The notes beneath the pieces are model-generated. The model was not told where the DNA came from and made no database searches. It saw nothing but the letters and a program-made list of their open reading frames with translations. From Mobula hypostoma (Eukaryota), in NCBI RefSeq assembly GCF_963921235.1, contig NC_086097.1:113958001-114022000 (forward strand): a DNA stretch of 64,000 nucleotides, given 5' to 3'. Shown in pieces: positions 51,196 through 63,087 of this stretch; positions within the stretch are counted from its first letter, which is position 1, and the number at the start of each line of letters is the position of its first letter. Both the position numbers and the translations under genes were made by a program.

Positions 51196-52427
51196 AAAGC
51201 CTTCATTCCTATAAACCTCATTTGATCGAGAGCATAGGTAGGGTCTAGTCACCAAGTCCAAGGTAACAAGCTCCCCAGTTCATTCCTGTGCCATCCAAGG
51301 TTGCATCATCTCCTTAAGAATGGGATTTACGGAGGAGGATTCCTTCTGTTTCTTTCCATCTCTTTGCTATTCTATGCTCCCTTTTCTATGGGTGAGGTTT
51401 GAAAAGAATGCTGGTAGGGTCATGTCATACATTACTAGGTGGAAGAGAAGTTTAGGTTGACTATGCCATTGTTCCAAGGTTTAATCAACACGGTTTGTGG
51501 ACAGGACTCTGTAGTTCACATTATGATGTGTTTCTGGTTTCTGGTCACTCCTTTTTTTGTGATCCAATATGGGTGATTTTGAATCAGGGCAGCCTGCAGA
51601 TAATGAACACTACCTGACCTGAATATGCCTGGACACTTTTCAACTTTGTGTTTTAAATTCTGCATTTTTCACTCATTTTTTTGATACCGTTTGCACAATT
51701 TTTTTTCACATGGTGCAAGTGGGTATATTGTGTTTTTCTTTGAATGGGTTCCATGGTGTTCTTTGTTTTGTGTCCGACTGTGGGGAAGGTAAATCTCAGG
51801 ATTGTATATTGCATATATAATTTGATAATAAATTAACTTTGAACTTTGAACATCGCATTGTGATGAAGTTGATAGATGGTCAACTAGGAATGTGAGGAAA
51901 TAGGCAGACAGAGTGGGATGGAATATATCAACTAGACAAATTAATACAACAAGAGACATACTTAAAGGGGATTGAGGAAATAGGTGCAAAATGTGATAAA
52001 TAAATCTGGATCTTAAATTCAAAATCCTCTGTTCTACATGACACAGAAGCATGTAAAGCATGCAGACTGCACGCCAGTCAATTTACAATAAGTGGTTGAC
52101 AACTTTCTCTGAGTTTGAATCAAGTATATGAAATTAACACTCAGTGTGGGGTACTCATAAGAATTCTGTTTTGAACAGCAGCTGTAGACACCTGCACTAT
52201 ATAAAGGAAGCATTATTGTTACAGCTTTGGAGTCGAGCAGCATGGCATTAAAAAGAATTTGGATTTTACAGCCTTCTTAGAAATGAGGCAATGCAAATCT
52301 CTTAAATAAGATGGCTGCTTCTGCTCTTCCAGCAGAGGCAAGTGTGGAAGACAAGGGGACAAAGATAGAGTTGATGAGAAGAGTCTAGGTGTGCCGGTCA
52401 CGCAAGACACTTCTGAGCAGCAAAGCA

Positions 52428-52720
52428 CACCATGGTAGCATAGATGTTAGTGCAATGCGACTATTGCTCGGGGTGCTGGAGTTCTGAGTTCAATTGCAGT
52501 GCCGTCTATAAGGAGTTTGTACGATCTCCCTGTGTCTGCAAATGTTTCCTCCGGGTGTTCCAGTTTTCTCCCACAGTCCAAAGATGTACAGGCTAGTAGG
52601 TTAATGGGTCATTGCAAACTGTCCTGTGATTAGGCTAGTGTTAAATAGGTGGGTTGCTGGGTGGTGCAACACATCGTGCCAGAAGGGCCTGTTCCGTGCT
52701 GTATCACTAAATAAAATAAT
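52428..52720 (+). mobile_element. tRNA-derived SINE
   Basis: tggtagcatagatgttag (A-box-like), gagttcaattg (B-box-like), gtttcctccgggtg core, CR1-like tail ending aaataaaataa. Confidence 0.7.
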
Positions 52721-52961
52721 AACTCAGCAGATTTAGTTTCTGTTTATTTGTTTGAAGGGTAATTGAACTGGAGGCTAAGGTTTACAAAGCAATAAGGTAG
52801 ATGGCTGCTACCTTCAACACCAGAACTCAAGCCTCCTGTTTTTATCCAGATTGCCTGTAGAGGTGAAACTCGCCCCTATCCTGAACTTGCCAACTCTGCT
52901 TGATCTGGGTGCCGGCAGCTGTCACATCTCCTGCCTCCTAATTTCAGCACAGTACTGCACA

Positions 52962-53271
52962 TGAGCACGTGGCCAAGTGGTTAAGGCATTCGACTAGTGA
53001 CCTGAAGGTCATGAGCTCGAGCCCCAGCCGAGGCAGCGTTTTGCGTCCTTGAGCAAGGCACTTAACCACACAGTGCTCTGCAACGACACTGGTGCCAAGC
53101 TGTATCGGCCCTTGCCCCTCCCTCGGACAACAACAGTGTCGTGGAGAGGGGAGACTTGCAGCATGGGCAACTGCTGGTCTTCCATACAACCTTGCCCAGG
53201 CCTGTGCCCTGGAGAGTGAAGACTTTCCAGGCGCAGATCCATAGTCTCGCAAGACTAACGGATGCCTTTAA
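52962..53271 (+). mobile_element. tRNA-derived SINE (well-preserved head)
   Basis: gtggccaagtggttaaggc (A box), gagctcgagccc (B box), tgtccttgagcaaggcacttaacc-like core, tail gactaacggatgcc. Confidence 0.8.
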
Positions 53272-54957
53272 TTTACTGCACATAAGAGATTACAGATGTC
53301 TACGCAATGAAAATGAAATCCATCTTTTCTTGAAATAGAGTGGATTAGGATACAGTGTGGAGATCACCGGTTCAGAGAAGGGCCAGGTTAAACTGTGCCT
53401 TTGGCAGCCAGGATATCTCATCAACTTGTGTCTTTCTTGAAGGTAGGTATAGCCTGAACTCCTAGATAGACTCCTCTCCCTGAGATGGCCTACCTTTCTC
53501 ATTATACTGCAGAACAATCGGCAAGTGAGCAAGTAAACTTGTGATGAGAGGACTCGGCAAGGAGGATAAGGACCCAGGTGCTGGAGTATCGGAGACTAGA
53601 ACAGAGACACAATTTTGAAGCTGAGACAAGAACAAGGTTCTTGACTAGGTGCTAGATGATAACCTGACGAGACCAGACAAGAATCCAAATGCAAAAAAAA
53701 TCCTAAACGCAATTGCAGACTGAACCAAAGTTGGGCTGATGACTGAACACTGAACCTGAGTTCAGATGCTCTTGAAATATCCAAATCTTGGGCCTAAAAC
53801 ATGGCCACCAATTAGTGGAGCAGGCCGGAATCTCTAAAGGGACTGTGCCAGCTATCCGTACTCTGGAGAATCGGAGCATCTAAACTCCAGAGGCTGGCAC
53901 AGTTGGGTACAGACCATTACAGGGTAGCTCTTTGAAGACAAAGGCTATCCCCTCTATCTGCTGCTGATCTCTATCTTCCAAGCTTCTGGAAGAGCTGCTT
54001 TAAAAAAGCTTCCTTGAAGATATAACGAAGGGGTCTAAAATTATGAATACGTATATTGCAGAAGCATTCAGGAGAGAGAGAGAAAATCAAGAGGAAGGCG
54101 AGTCTATTTCACAGTATGTGGGGGTGCTGAAGCATTGTTTGAACACTGATTTTAGGCATTCAATGAATAACATGTTACATGATAGACTCATGTGTCATCT
54201 GTGTATTAGGGCAATTTGGAAACATATGTTTACAGAAGACGGATAAACATTACAGAAGGCATTTGAGATTAGAATGTCTATGGGAATAGCAGCTAAAGAA
54301 GCACAGCTATTAAGCATATCTTCCCAAGTTCATAAAATTTCTAATGAGTTAAGGTTAAGACACCCATTGACAATCAATGTTACTACTGTGGCAAAACTGA
54401 GCATTCAGTAAAAGAATGCTGATATAAGGATTTAGATTGCTGAAGCTGTGGCAAAACTGGACATATTGAACGTGCCTGTAAAATTAAGAAGACATATATT
54501 GACCAAAAACACTATAATAAAGAAGAATGACTTTTAGAAAAACAGAAAGAAACATGGGAACAAAATGGAGCATACTGAGGACAGAGTGAGTGACTCTCAT
54601 CCTGTGGTTGAAGAAGCTTTGCATGTTTTATCTGTTTCAGGGCACAAAGACGGCTATTGGGTAACCCTGTGGTTGGATGGGGCCTCAGTGAGGATGCAGG
54701 TGGACATGGGTGCTGCTGTATCGCTGGTGTAGGAGACAGTTTACCAGGAGAAACGGCAGCATCTCACCCCAGAAGGGACAAGGTTGAATTCAAAGACTTA
54801 CACTGGCCACTGTTCCAGTGAGGGGAGGAGTACATGTTTCAGTGGAGATTAACCAACAGAGAAAGAAGCTTCCACTCTACATTGCTAAAGGTTGTTATCC
54901 AGCACTTCTGGGATGCTCGTGGTTGGAGCAGCTCAAACTCAACTGGCACAAAGTGCA

Positions 54958-55059
54958 ACACACATCAAAGTTGCTGGTGAACGCAGCAGGCCAGGCAGCA
55001 TCTATAGGAAGAGGCGCAGTCGACGTTTCAGGCCGAGACCCTTCGTCAGGACTAGAAGT
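54958..55059 (-). mobile_element. ~100-bp Penelope pLTR mini-insertion
   Basis: GCACAAAGTGCA at 54946-54957 and 55060-55071; nearly identical to 49127-49225. Confidence 0.9.
55018..55053 (-). ncRNA. Minimal type I hammerhead ribozyme motif (Penelope pLTR)
   Basis: AGUC-CUGACGA-AGGGUCUCGGCCU-GAAA-CGUC-GACU: helix I AGUC/GACU intact, GUC cleavage triplet. Confidence 0.7.
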
Positions 55060-56298
55060 GCACAAAGTGCACTTGATTAGTGGCAGTGCTGGTCCGCAAG
55101 AGCTATTGAAGAAGCACATAGAAGTAGTCAATGGGGAACTGGGCAGTGTGAAAGGAATTGCTGATAACGTGGCTGTTAAGGCCAACACAACACCCAAATG
55201 CTCGAAGGTAAGACCTGTTTCATATGCCCTCAAACCAAAGGTAGAGGCTGATTTTAAAAGACTGATGCAGAGTAAAATATTGGAACCAATGTGTATAAGT
55301 AAATGGGCACACTCCAGTGGTTCCTGTCCTAAAAAGGGATGGATCTTTAAGGCTTTGTGGAGACTTCAGGGAACCCAGTTCTTACAGCTGAACAATATCC
55401 TCTTCCCCTCATTGATGTCCTTTTCGCAGGATAGACCGGAGGACAGACATTCAGCAAGGCTGACTTGTGTCAAGTGTCCTTGCGTGTGCAGGTGGAGCCA
55501 GAGTCACAGGAACTGTTGACCATACTGACGCACCAAGGAATCAGGAACTGAAGGCTTTCATTTGGTATCATATTGTCTCCTGCACTTTGGCAGCAAGCAA
55601 AGGACCTGATCCTGAGCGGGTTGACAGGGATGAAATGTTACTTGAATGTCTTACTCACTACTAGGAAAAATGAGTGTGAGCATCTGCACAACTTGGATGC
55701 TACATTACTAAGATTCAAGAAATATACACTAATTTCTTTCAACTTTCAGTTGAATACTTTGGCCATGTGGTTGACAACTCAAGGTTTCACAAGGCACCAT
55801 CAAAGATGAAGGTAATCGTGGAGACTCCATCACCACATAATTTAAATTAATTATGATCTTTCTTAGGACTACTAATATATTATGCAAAATTTGTTCCTAA
55901 CCTAGCTGGCATGCTGAAACCACTTCATCAGCTTTAAATAATTCAGCATACTGGCAGTGGACAGATCACTGCGAGGAGGCTTTTAAAAAGCCCAAAGCAG
56001 CTTCGTCACAATCTGAAGCACTCACACACTTCAACCCGTCATTGCCCATACAGTTGGCCTGTGATGCATCACCCTATGGTGTGAGGACAGTTATCTCACA
56101 CATCATGCAGTTGGGTGAAGCGTGTCCCATAGCTTTCACATCAAGGCACTAAGTCTTGATTGAGTGGGAAGCACTTGCAATTGTCTTTGGTGTTATGAAA
56201 TTCCATCAATTCCTGTTTGGTTGACAATTTGCACGACTTACAGATGTCAATTTTTGGTCCACGTGCGGCATGCCTTCCCTGGCTGCTAGTTAAATGCA

Positions 56299-57996
56299 AT
56301 CACAAACAAGGGAATGTCTAAGCAACACTCACAAAATGCTGCAGGAACTCAGCAGACCAGGCAGTGTTTATGGAAAAGAGTACAATTGACGTTTCGGGCC
56401 GAGACTCTTCAACGAGACAGGAGAAAAAAAGATGATGGGTAGAGTTAAAAGGTTGGGGGAGGTGATAGTTAAAACCAGGAGGGGGAGGGGTGAAGTAAAA
56501 AGCTGGGAAGATGATTGATGAAAGAGATACAGGGCTGGAGAAGGGGGAGTCTGATAGGAGAGGACTGGACATGGAAGAAAGAAGAAAACAAGTAAAAGGG
56601 GGAGGAGCATCAAAGGGAGGCGATAGGAAGGCAAGGAGATAAGGTGAGAGGGGGAAAAGGGATGTTTACCTGGTCCATTTCATACACCTCCCTCCCTTTC
56701 TCGATCTCTCTGTTCTCTTCTCTTGAGACAGCTTATCTACTGATGTCTATTACAAACCCATGGACTCTCACAGCTACCTGGACTATACCTCCTCCCACCT
56801 TGTTACTTGCAAAAATACCATCCTCTTCTTGCAATATCTCCATCTCTGCCACATCTGCTCTCAGGCTGAAGCTTTTCATTCCATAATGAAGAAGATGTCC
56901 TCTTTCTTCAAAGAGAGGGGCTTCCCTTCCTCCATCATCCATGCTGCCCTTTTCATGCTCTCACCCCATCCTCCTGCCACCCTACAGGGATAAGGTTCCT
57001 CTTGTTCTCACCTACCACCCCACCAGCCTCTGCATCCAGCACATAACTCTCTGCAAATTCAGCTATCTCCAATGGGATCCCACAACCAAGCACATCTTCC
57101 CCACCCTCTCCCCATTTTCTGCTTTCGGCAAGGGATTGCACACAGCACAATTCCCTTGTCCATTTGTCCCTTCCCACTGATCTCCCTCCTGGCACTTATT
57201 CTTGCAAGTGGAACAAGTGCTACACTTGCCCCTACATCTCCTCCCTCACTACCATTCAGGGCCCCAAACAGTCCTTCTAGGTGAGGCGACACATCACCTT
57301 TGAGTCTGCTGGGGTCATTTACTGTGTCTGGTGCTCCCGGTGTGGCCTCCTGTATATCGGTGAGACCCAGTGTAGCTTGAGGGACTGCTTGGCCAAGCAC
57401 CTACGCTCTGTCTGCCAGAAAAAGTGGGATCTCCCAGTGGCCACCCAATTTAATTCCACTTCCCATTCCCATTCCAATATGTCCATCCATGACTTCCTTC
57501 ACTGTCACAATGTGACCACACTCAGGTTGGAGGAACAACACCTTATGTTCTGTCTGGGTAGTCTTCAACCTGATGGCATGAACATCGATTCCTCGAACTT
57601 CTGGTAAAGGCTACCCCACCCACCCTTCACCATTCCCCATCCCCTTTTCCCTCTCTCATCTGATCTCCTTGCCTGCCCATCACCTCCCTCTGGTGCTTCT
57701 CTCCTTTTTCTTTTTTTCCTTCCATGGCCTTCTGTTCTCTCCTATCAGACTCCCTCTTCTCCAGCCCTGTTTCTCTTTCATCAATCAATTTCCCAGCTTT
57801 TTACTTCACCCCTCCCCCTCCCAGTTCCACCTACCACCTAGTGTTTCTCCCTTACCCCCACCCACACCATTTTTCTCTACTCCCTGTCTGTTTTTCTCCA
57901 GTTCTGTTGAAGGGTCTCGGCCCAAAACGTCGACTGTTAAATATTTTCCATAGATGCAGCCTGGCCTGCTGAGCTCCCCCAGCATTTTGTGTGTGT
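56299..57996 (+). mobile_element. Penelope-like element: inverted 5' pLTR (56299-~56660), RT C-terminus, GIY-YIG endonuclease, 3' pLTR
   Basis: DSHSYLDYTSSH, VPLVLTYHP, GVIYCVWCSRCGLLYIGET...RLEEQHL; degenerate TSD tagttaaatgca / tagttgaacgca. Confidence 0.93.
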
Positions 57997-59739
57997 TAGT
58001 TGAACGCAGTGTTGGGCTCTGTTACTATCTGCACATCAGTATGACATAAAGTACAGGAGGTCCAAGAACCATTCGAATGCTAATGGACTATCCAGACTTC
58101 CCTTATCTGTAACAGTTCCGAGCTATCCCCGAAAGAGATCAAGAAAGTACAGCTCTGATATCTGCAGAGCAAGTCCAGAAGCATACACGTGTACATACCC
58201 TATTCTATCTAAGGTGGTGGGTATTAGAACTCATGAATGGAAATGAGAGCCAGCCATCGAATTGGAACCTTACCAGGCTTGTTGGAAGGAGCTCGCAATC
58301 AAAGCAGGAAGTTTCAATCTCAAGATCTATACAATACATACACCACCAGGAGAGAAAATGACTTTGGTGTCATCGCACGGTCGTCAGTTCCCTCACAGGA
58401 ACAGGCGGCCTCCAAACAGATTGAATCTCTAATTAGTGACTAACTCTCAGCATATGGGGCAGAATAATCCCTAAGGTTACGTCTGGGAATAGAGGCGGTC
58501 TACCCTCTTTCCCTGGTTTAGAAAAGATGTTTTTTCACTGAATGTTAATAGTTCAGCAGCTGGTCTGCGTATGGAAAGGGGAAGAAATCTTTAAAATAAG
58601 AAGGAGGAGTTGCTGTTGAGCTTCCTTGTGACCGTAATGTGAGAGGGCATTCTGGGTAGGTAACTTACAAGGAAAATAAACAGCACCACATTTGTTCTTC
58701 ACTTCTCCATCTCTCGTGTGTGTTATTCATGGCCACCCAGCTTCCCGGTACCACAAACATAGCACTTTTCTACTAATGAACTCAGCTATTTGTACATTTT
58801 GAAGTTTTGAGCCTAACAAATCCGCATGAGCATCATTTTTATACATCCTATCAAGACCAATTAATACAATTGATCATTCCCTCAGTGTAAGCCTTCCCAT
58901 CACCTCACTCTGTCCTCATGTTTCTCTGCAGTCTTAGATTTACCACATAACGGATGCCATACAATTGCCAGTTGCTTTTGTAACAATTCTTCACAAAATT
59001 CATTGCCACTTTTTATATTTTAACAACAAATAATGCAACAAATTTAGTATCAATAGGCAGCCTTTCTCAGAATCCAAACTCAGCCTTTAATAATCTCTCC
59101 CCTGCAATGGCTCACAATTTCTACAGTGTCAAGATTATTTCTAACACCTGGGTTCTCAGAAAGTTGAAACGAATGCTCTTGCAATTTCCTGTTTTTAACG
59201 TTGCCCTTTCAAAGTATTAGCCTGTCTCCAGCCCATGGAAGCATTTTAAGACTGCTTAATGTGATGGATGTCTTGGCAAATTCCCTGGATGACAGTCAAT
59301 AGGAACAGCCTGTGTAATGGAAATATTCAATTTTTTTTACATTTCCTGCTGTTGTTGAAAGTTTTCCTTCTATTTTTCCACCTTTTGGAAACAAATTTGA
59401 AGTAGAAGAATAAGAACAGTTTTATTAATAGATAATCATTTATTCCAAAACAGTTCAGAGTGCCAGTTTGAAATCTTTTCTTGCTTTCTGCCAGAGACAG
59501 ATCAGCAAGCCTGTGAGTTCACACTTGAAAGGGCGAGAAGTCTGCCTGCAAAAGGAAGTGCAAACACAATGTTTAATCAGAGCTCTTTGGTTATTGTGGT
59601 TGCATAAGACTGTTGTTTATTATGTCAAAAACCTGCAATACTTACTAAGCGGAGAACAATTAATTAGTGGATGAATAATGAGTTCAAAATGTTGTTTTGT
59701 TGCCGTGAATGATTTTAAAGAATGTATTCACACACAGTG

Positions 59740-60152
59740 GAAATCCACCATCAGAGATCCCCGATACCCAGGTCATGCTGTCTTCTTGCTACTGTACCAT
59801 AAAAGGTACAAGTGCTTCAGGACTGGTACCACTAGGTTGAAAAACAGTTACTACCCCTCAACCATCAGGGTCTTGAACAAAAGGGATAACTACACTCACT
59901 TCCCCATCCATTGAGATGTTTCCACAACCAGTGATCTCACTTTCAAGGACTCTTTATCTCATTATCTCATGTCTCATTTATTGTAATTTATTTATATTTG
60001 TATTTGCACAGTTTGTTGTCTTCTGCACCCTGGTTGATCTTTCATTGATCCTGTTATAGTTACTGTTTTGTAGACGACAAGAAAATGAATCTCAGGCTTG
60101 CATATGGTGACATATATGCACTTTGATAATAAAATTTACTTTGAACTTTGAA
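59740..60152 (+). mobile_element. Rex-type LINE 3' end
   Basis: STIRDPRYPGHAVF...TTRLKNSYYPSTIR; tail tttactttgaactttgaac. Confidence 0.85.
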
Positions 60153-60535
60153 CATTGCAGCAATGAAATGTGGCCCATGCTGTAGTTTTTACTATAGGGG
60201 ATATATTTTCTCAGCATGTTGAGGTCTATGACCATCCCAATTGCAGATTGGTTTCAGACCCAAATATAATTGATCTCCACGCTTCCCCATTTATTCAAGA
60301 TCTTTCACTCCCTCTGAGATTCTAAGTAAGGATCTCCACTGATTTGATTCCTGTGCTTTCCTAGTATATCTAATAAAGTTCACTGCAAGTTAATCTTCAC
60401 TGGGAATTAATCTGAACAAGCACTCAGGATTCAGAATCAGATTTAATATCACCTGCATATGTCATGTAATCTGTTAAATCAATGGCAGCAGTACAATGAA
60501 GTACATGAGAAAGAACTGAGTTACATTAAGTATAG

Positions 60536-61725
60536 GACATAGAGCATAGAAATCTACAGCACATTACAGGCACTTCAGCCCACACTGTTGTGCTGACCAT
60601 GTAACTTACTCTAGAAACCGCCTAGACTTTTCCCTACTGCATAGCCCTCTATTTTTCTAAGCTCTATGTACCTAAGAGTCTCTTAAAAGACCCTATCGTA
60701 ACCCCCTCCACCATCATCACCGGCTATGCCTTTCACTCACCCACCACTCGCTGTGTGAAAAACTTACTCCTGACATCCCCCTTGTACCTCTTTCCAAACA
60801 CATTAATAACTGGGCCCCCTTATGTTAGCCATTTCAGCCCTGGGAAAAAGCTTCTGGCTATCCACAAGATCAATTCCTCTTATCATCTTGTACACCTCTA
60901 TCAGGTCACCTCTCATCCTCTGTCGCTAGAAGGAGAAAAGGCCAAGTTCACTCAACCTATTCTCATAAGACATGCTCTCCAGTCCAGGCAACATCCTTGT
61001 AAATCTCCTCTGCACTCTTTCTATAGTATCCATATCCTTCCTGTAGTGAGGTAACCAGAAATGAAGACAGTACTCCAACTGGGGTCTAACTAAGGTCTTA
61101 TATAGCTGTAACATTACCTCACGGCTCTTGAACTCAATTCCATGGTTAATAATAGCAACACACAATGTGCCTTCTTAACAACACTGTCAACTTGCGCATC
61201 AGCTTTGAGTGTCCTATGGACAAGGACCCCAATATCTCTCTGATCCTCCACACTGCCAAGAGTCTTGCCATTAATACTATATTCCATCTTCAATTTGACC
61301 TACCAAAATGAACCACTTCACACTTATCTGGGTTGAACCCCATCTGCCACTTCTCAGCCCAGTTCTGCACCCTATCAAAGTCCCGTTGCAATCTTTGACA
61401 ACCCTCCAGACTATCCACAACACCCTCAACATTTGTGTCATCAGCAAACTTACTACCCCACCCTTTACTTCTTCCTCTAGGACGTTTATAAAAACCACAA
61501 AGAGGAGGCATCCCAGAACAGATTCCTGCAGAACACCACTGGTCACCATGCAGAATACGAACCATCTACAACCACCCTTTGCCTTCTGAATGCACAGGGC
61601 AAGGTCTCCTTGAATCCCATGACTTCTTACTTTCTGAATGAGCCTGGCATGGGGAACCTTATCAAATGCCTTACTGAAAATCCATATATGCTCTATCCAC
61701 TGCTCTACCTTCATCCATGTGTTCA
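60536..61725 (-). mobile_element. CR1 RT/3' end
   Basis: FSKAFDKVPH, SKFADDT, LYKTLVRPQLEYC. Confidence 0.92.
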
Positions 61726-61955
61726 TTAATACATATATTTGTCTGGTTAAGTTAAAATAAGTAGTTTAAAAGATCAGAAATAAAGAGTAGTGAGGTAGTG
61801 ATCATGGGTTCAATCTCCATTTAGAAATCAGATGGCAGAGGGGAAGAAGTTGTTTCTGAATCACTGAGCATGTGCCGTCAGGCTCCTGTACCTCCTTCCT
61901 GATGGTGACAGTTTGAAGAGGGCATGTCCTGGATGATGGGGATGCCTAATTACAG

Positions 61956-63087
61956 TGTCACGTACCCCCTGACGGGTTAAAGAACCAGCAGGAACGGAAA
62001 ACAGCTAGAGTCTGGTATTGGTGTTAACATAAGCTATTTTTATTAGTAACTACATAATACAGTCATATATAACTGGATAAATCAAACAAGTTAGCAGTTT
62101 TACGTGTATATATGTGTGCAAATATAACTCCCAAACTACTGAGCTTGGGGGAAACAAGGCTTAGAGTCTTGAGATTGTAAAGTATGAAAGTTCAGTTCAT
62201 CCACTGAATAGGTGATGAGAGAGAGATATTTGTAATCCAGGGTAAATGTCGAGAGAAGGCAGTTACGTCGATATTCCACAGATTCCACGACAGCAATACA
62301 AAATAACAATAGTAGTAGGTTTTATCTCCAAAGTTGTTCCACTCCACACACAAAATATCACCGACAGTGATCTTCAACGAATATCCTTTCAACACAAGTG
62401 GTACCACACCCGAATTCAGCTATGGGTCATTCCAAAGTGGTGGCCACAGGATATTCAAAGAGAATCCACATATGGATTATCACCAACAGTAGATTATCAC
62501 TAAGGGGACCCTCTTCAAGGGAACCAACCCCAAACACACAACGTGATAGCCACTTATCCAGTTTCCCAACATATGAAATAATTCCTCTCCCTTCTTCTCT
62601 TCCTTTAAAGTCACCAAATGTAACCACAACAAAGGGGACCATTTTCTGTGATGAAGTTATCAATCCAGGTGAGGGTTGGACACACGAATAACTTCCCACC
62701 GGTCACACCTTTTCCACACTGCAAGAGCCACTGATCAATTCACCTGACCGATCCTCCAAACACCCATCTTTCTGTGGGCACAACAAAGCTCATCCACTGT
62801 CCAAAATCATGTGTCCGTCAGTCTATTAGCTGACCTTCTATTTATCTCACCATGCTGAACACCAGCTGTCCATCAAGTAGCTCCTTCCTTCTCTCTCTGT
62901 AGGAACACAGAAGCTGGCAGTGTCCTTGCAAAGTGTTAACATGCTGCAGAGAAAACATAACAGCATCCCAAAGCAGTCTTCGCCTCGCTCTCTCTTATTA
63001 ATAAGATGCTTATGTTGAATCACTCTCTCTCTCTCTCTTTTTAAAGGTATAGTCCATAAAAAATATGACCCCTAGGGATATATAACA
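61956..63087 (-). mobile_element. Solo LTR (~1.13 kb) of an ERV- or Gypsy-type element
   Basis: TG...CA ends with imperfect terminal inverted repeats; AATAAA on minus near 62040; flanks ACAG / ATGG; Rex sequence resumes on both sides. Confidence 0.7.

Larger units (their letters stand above)
54030..58755 (+). mobile_element. Decayed Gypsy element (gag, protease, RT, RNase H; integrase mostly deleted; probable 3' LTR ~58611-58755)
   Basis: NQEEGESISQYV, CYYCGKTEHSVKEC, VDMGAAVSL, PALLGCSWLEQL, LACDASPYG, WALLLSAHQYDIKY; PPT-like aagaaggaggag; no matching 5' LTR seen. Confidence 0.85.

Noticed and set aside
52962..53040. tRNA gene
   Set aside because: A/B boxes are present but it runs into a SINE body and tail with no clean acceptor stem or poly-T terminator.
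53540..53990. 5' LTR of the Gypsy element at 54030-58755
   Set aside because: No visible similarity to the putative 3' LTR at ~58611-58755; it may be an unrelated LTR fragment but I cannot support a call.
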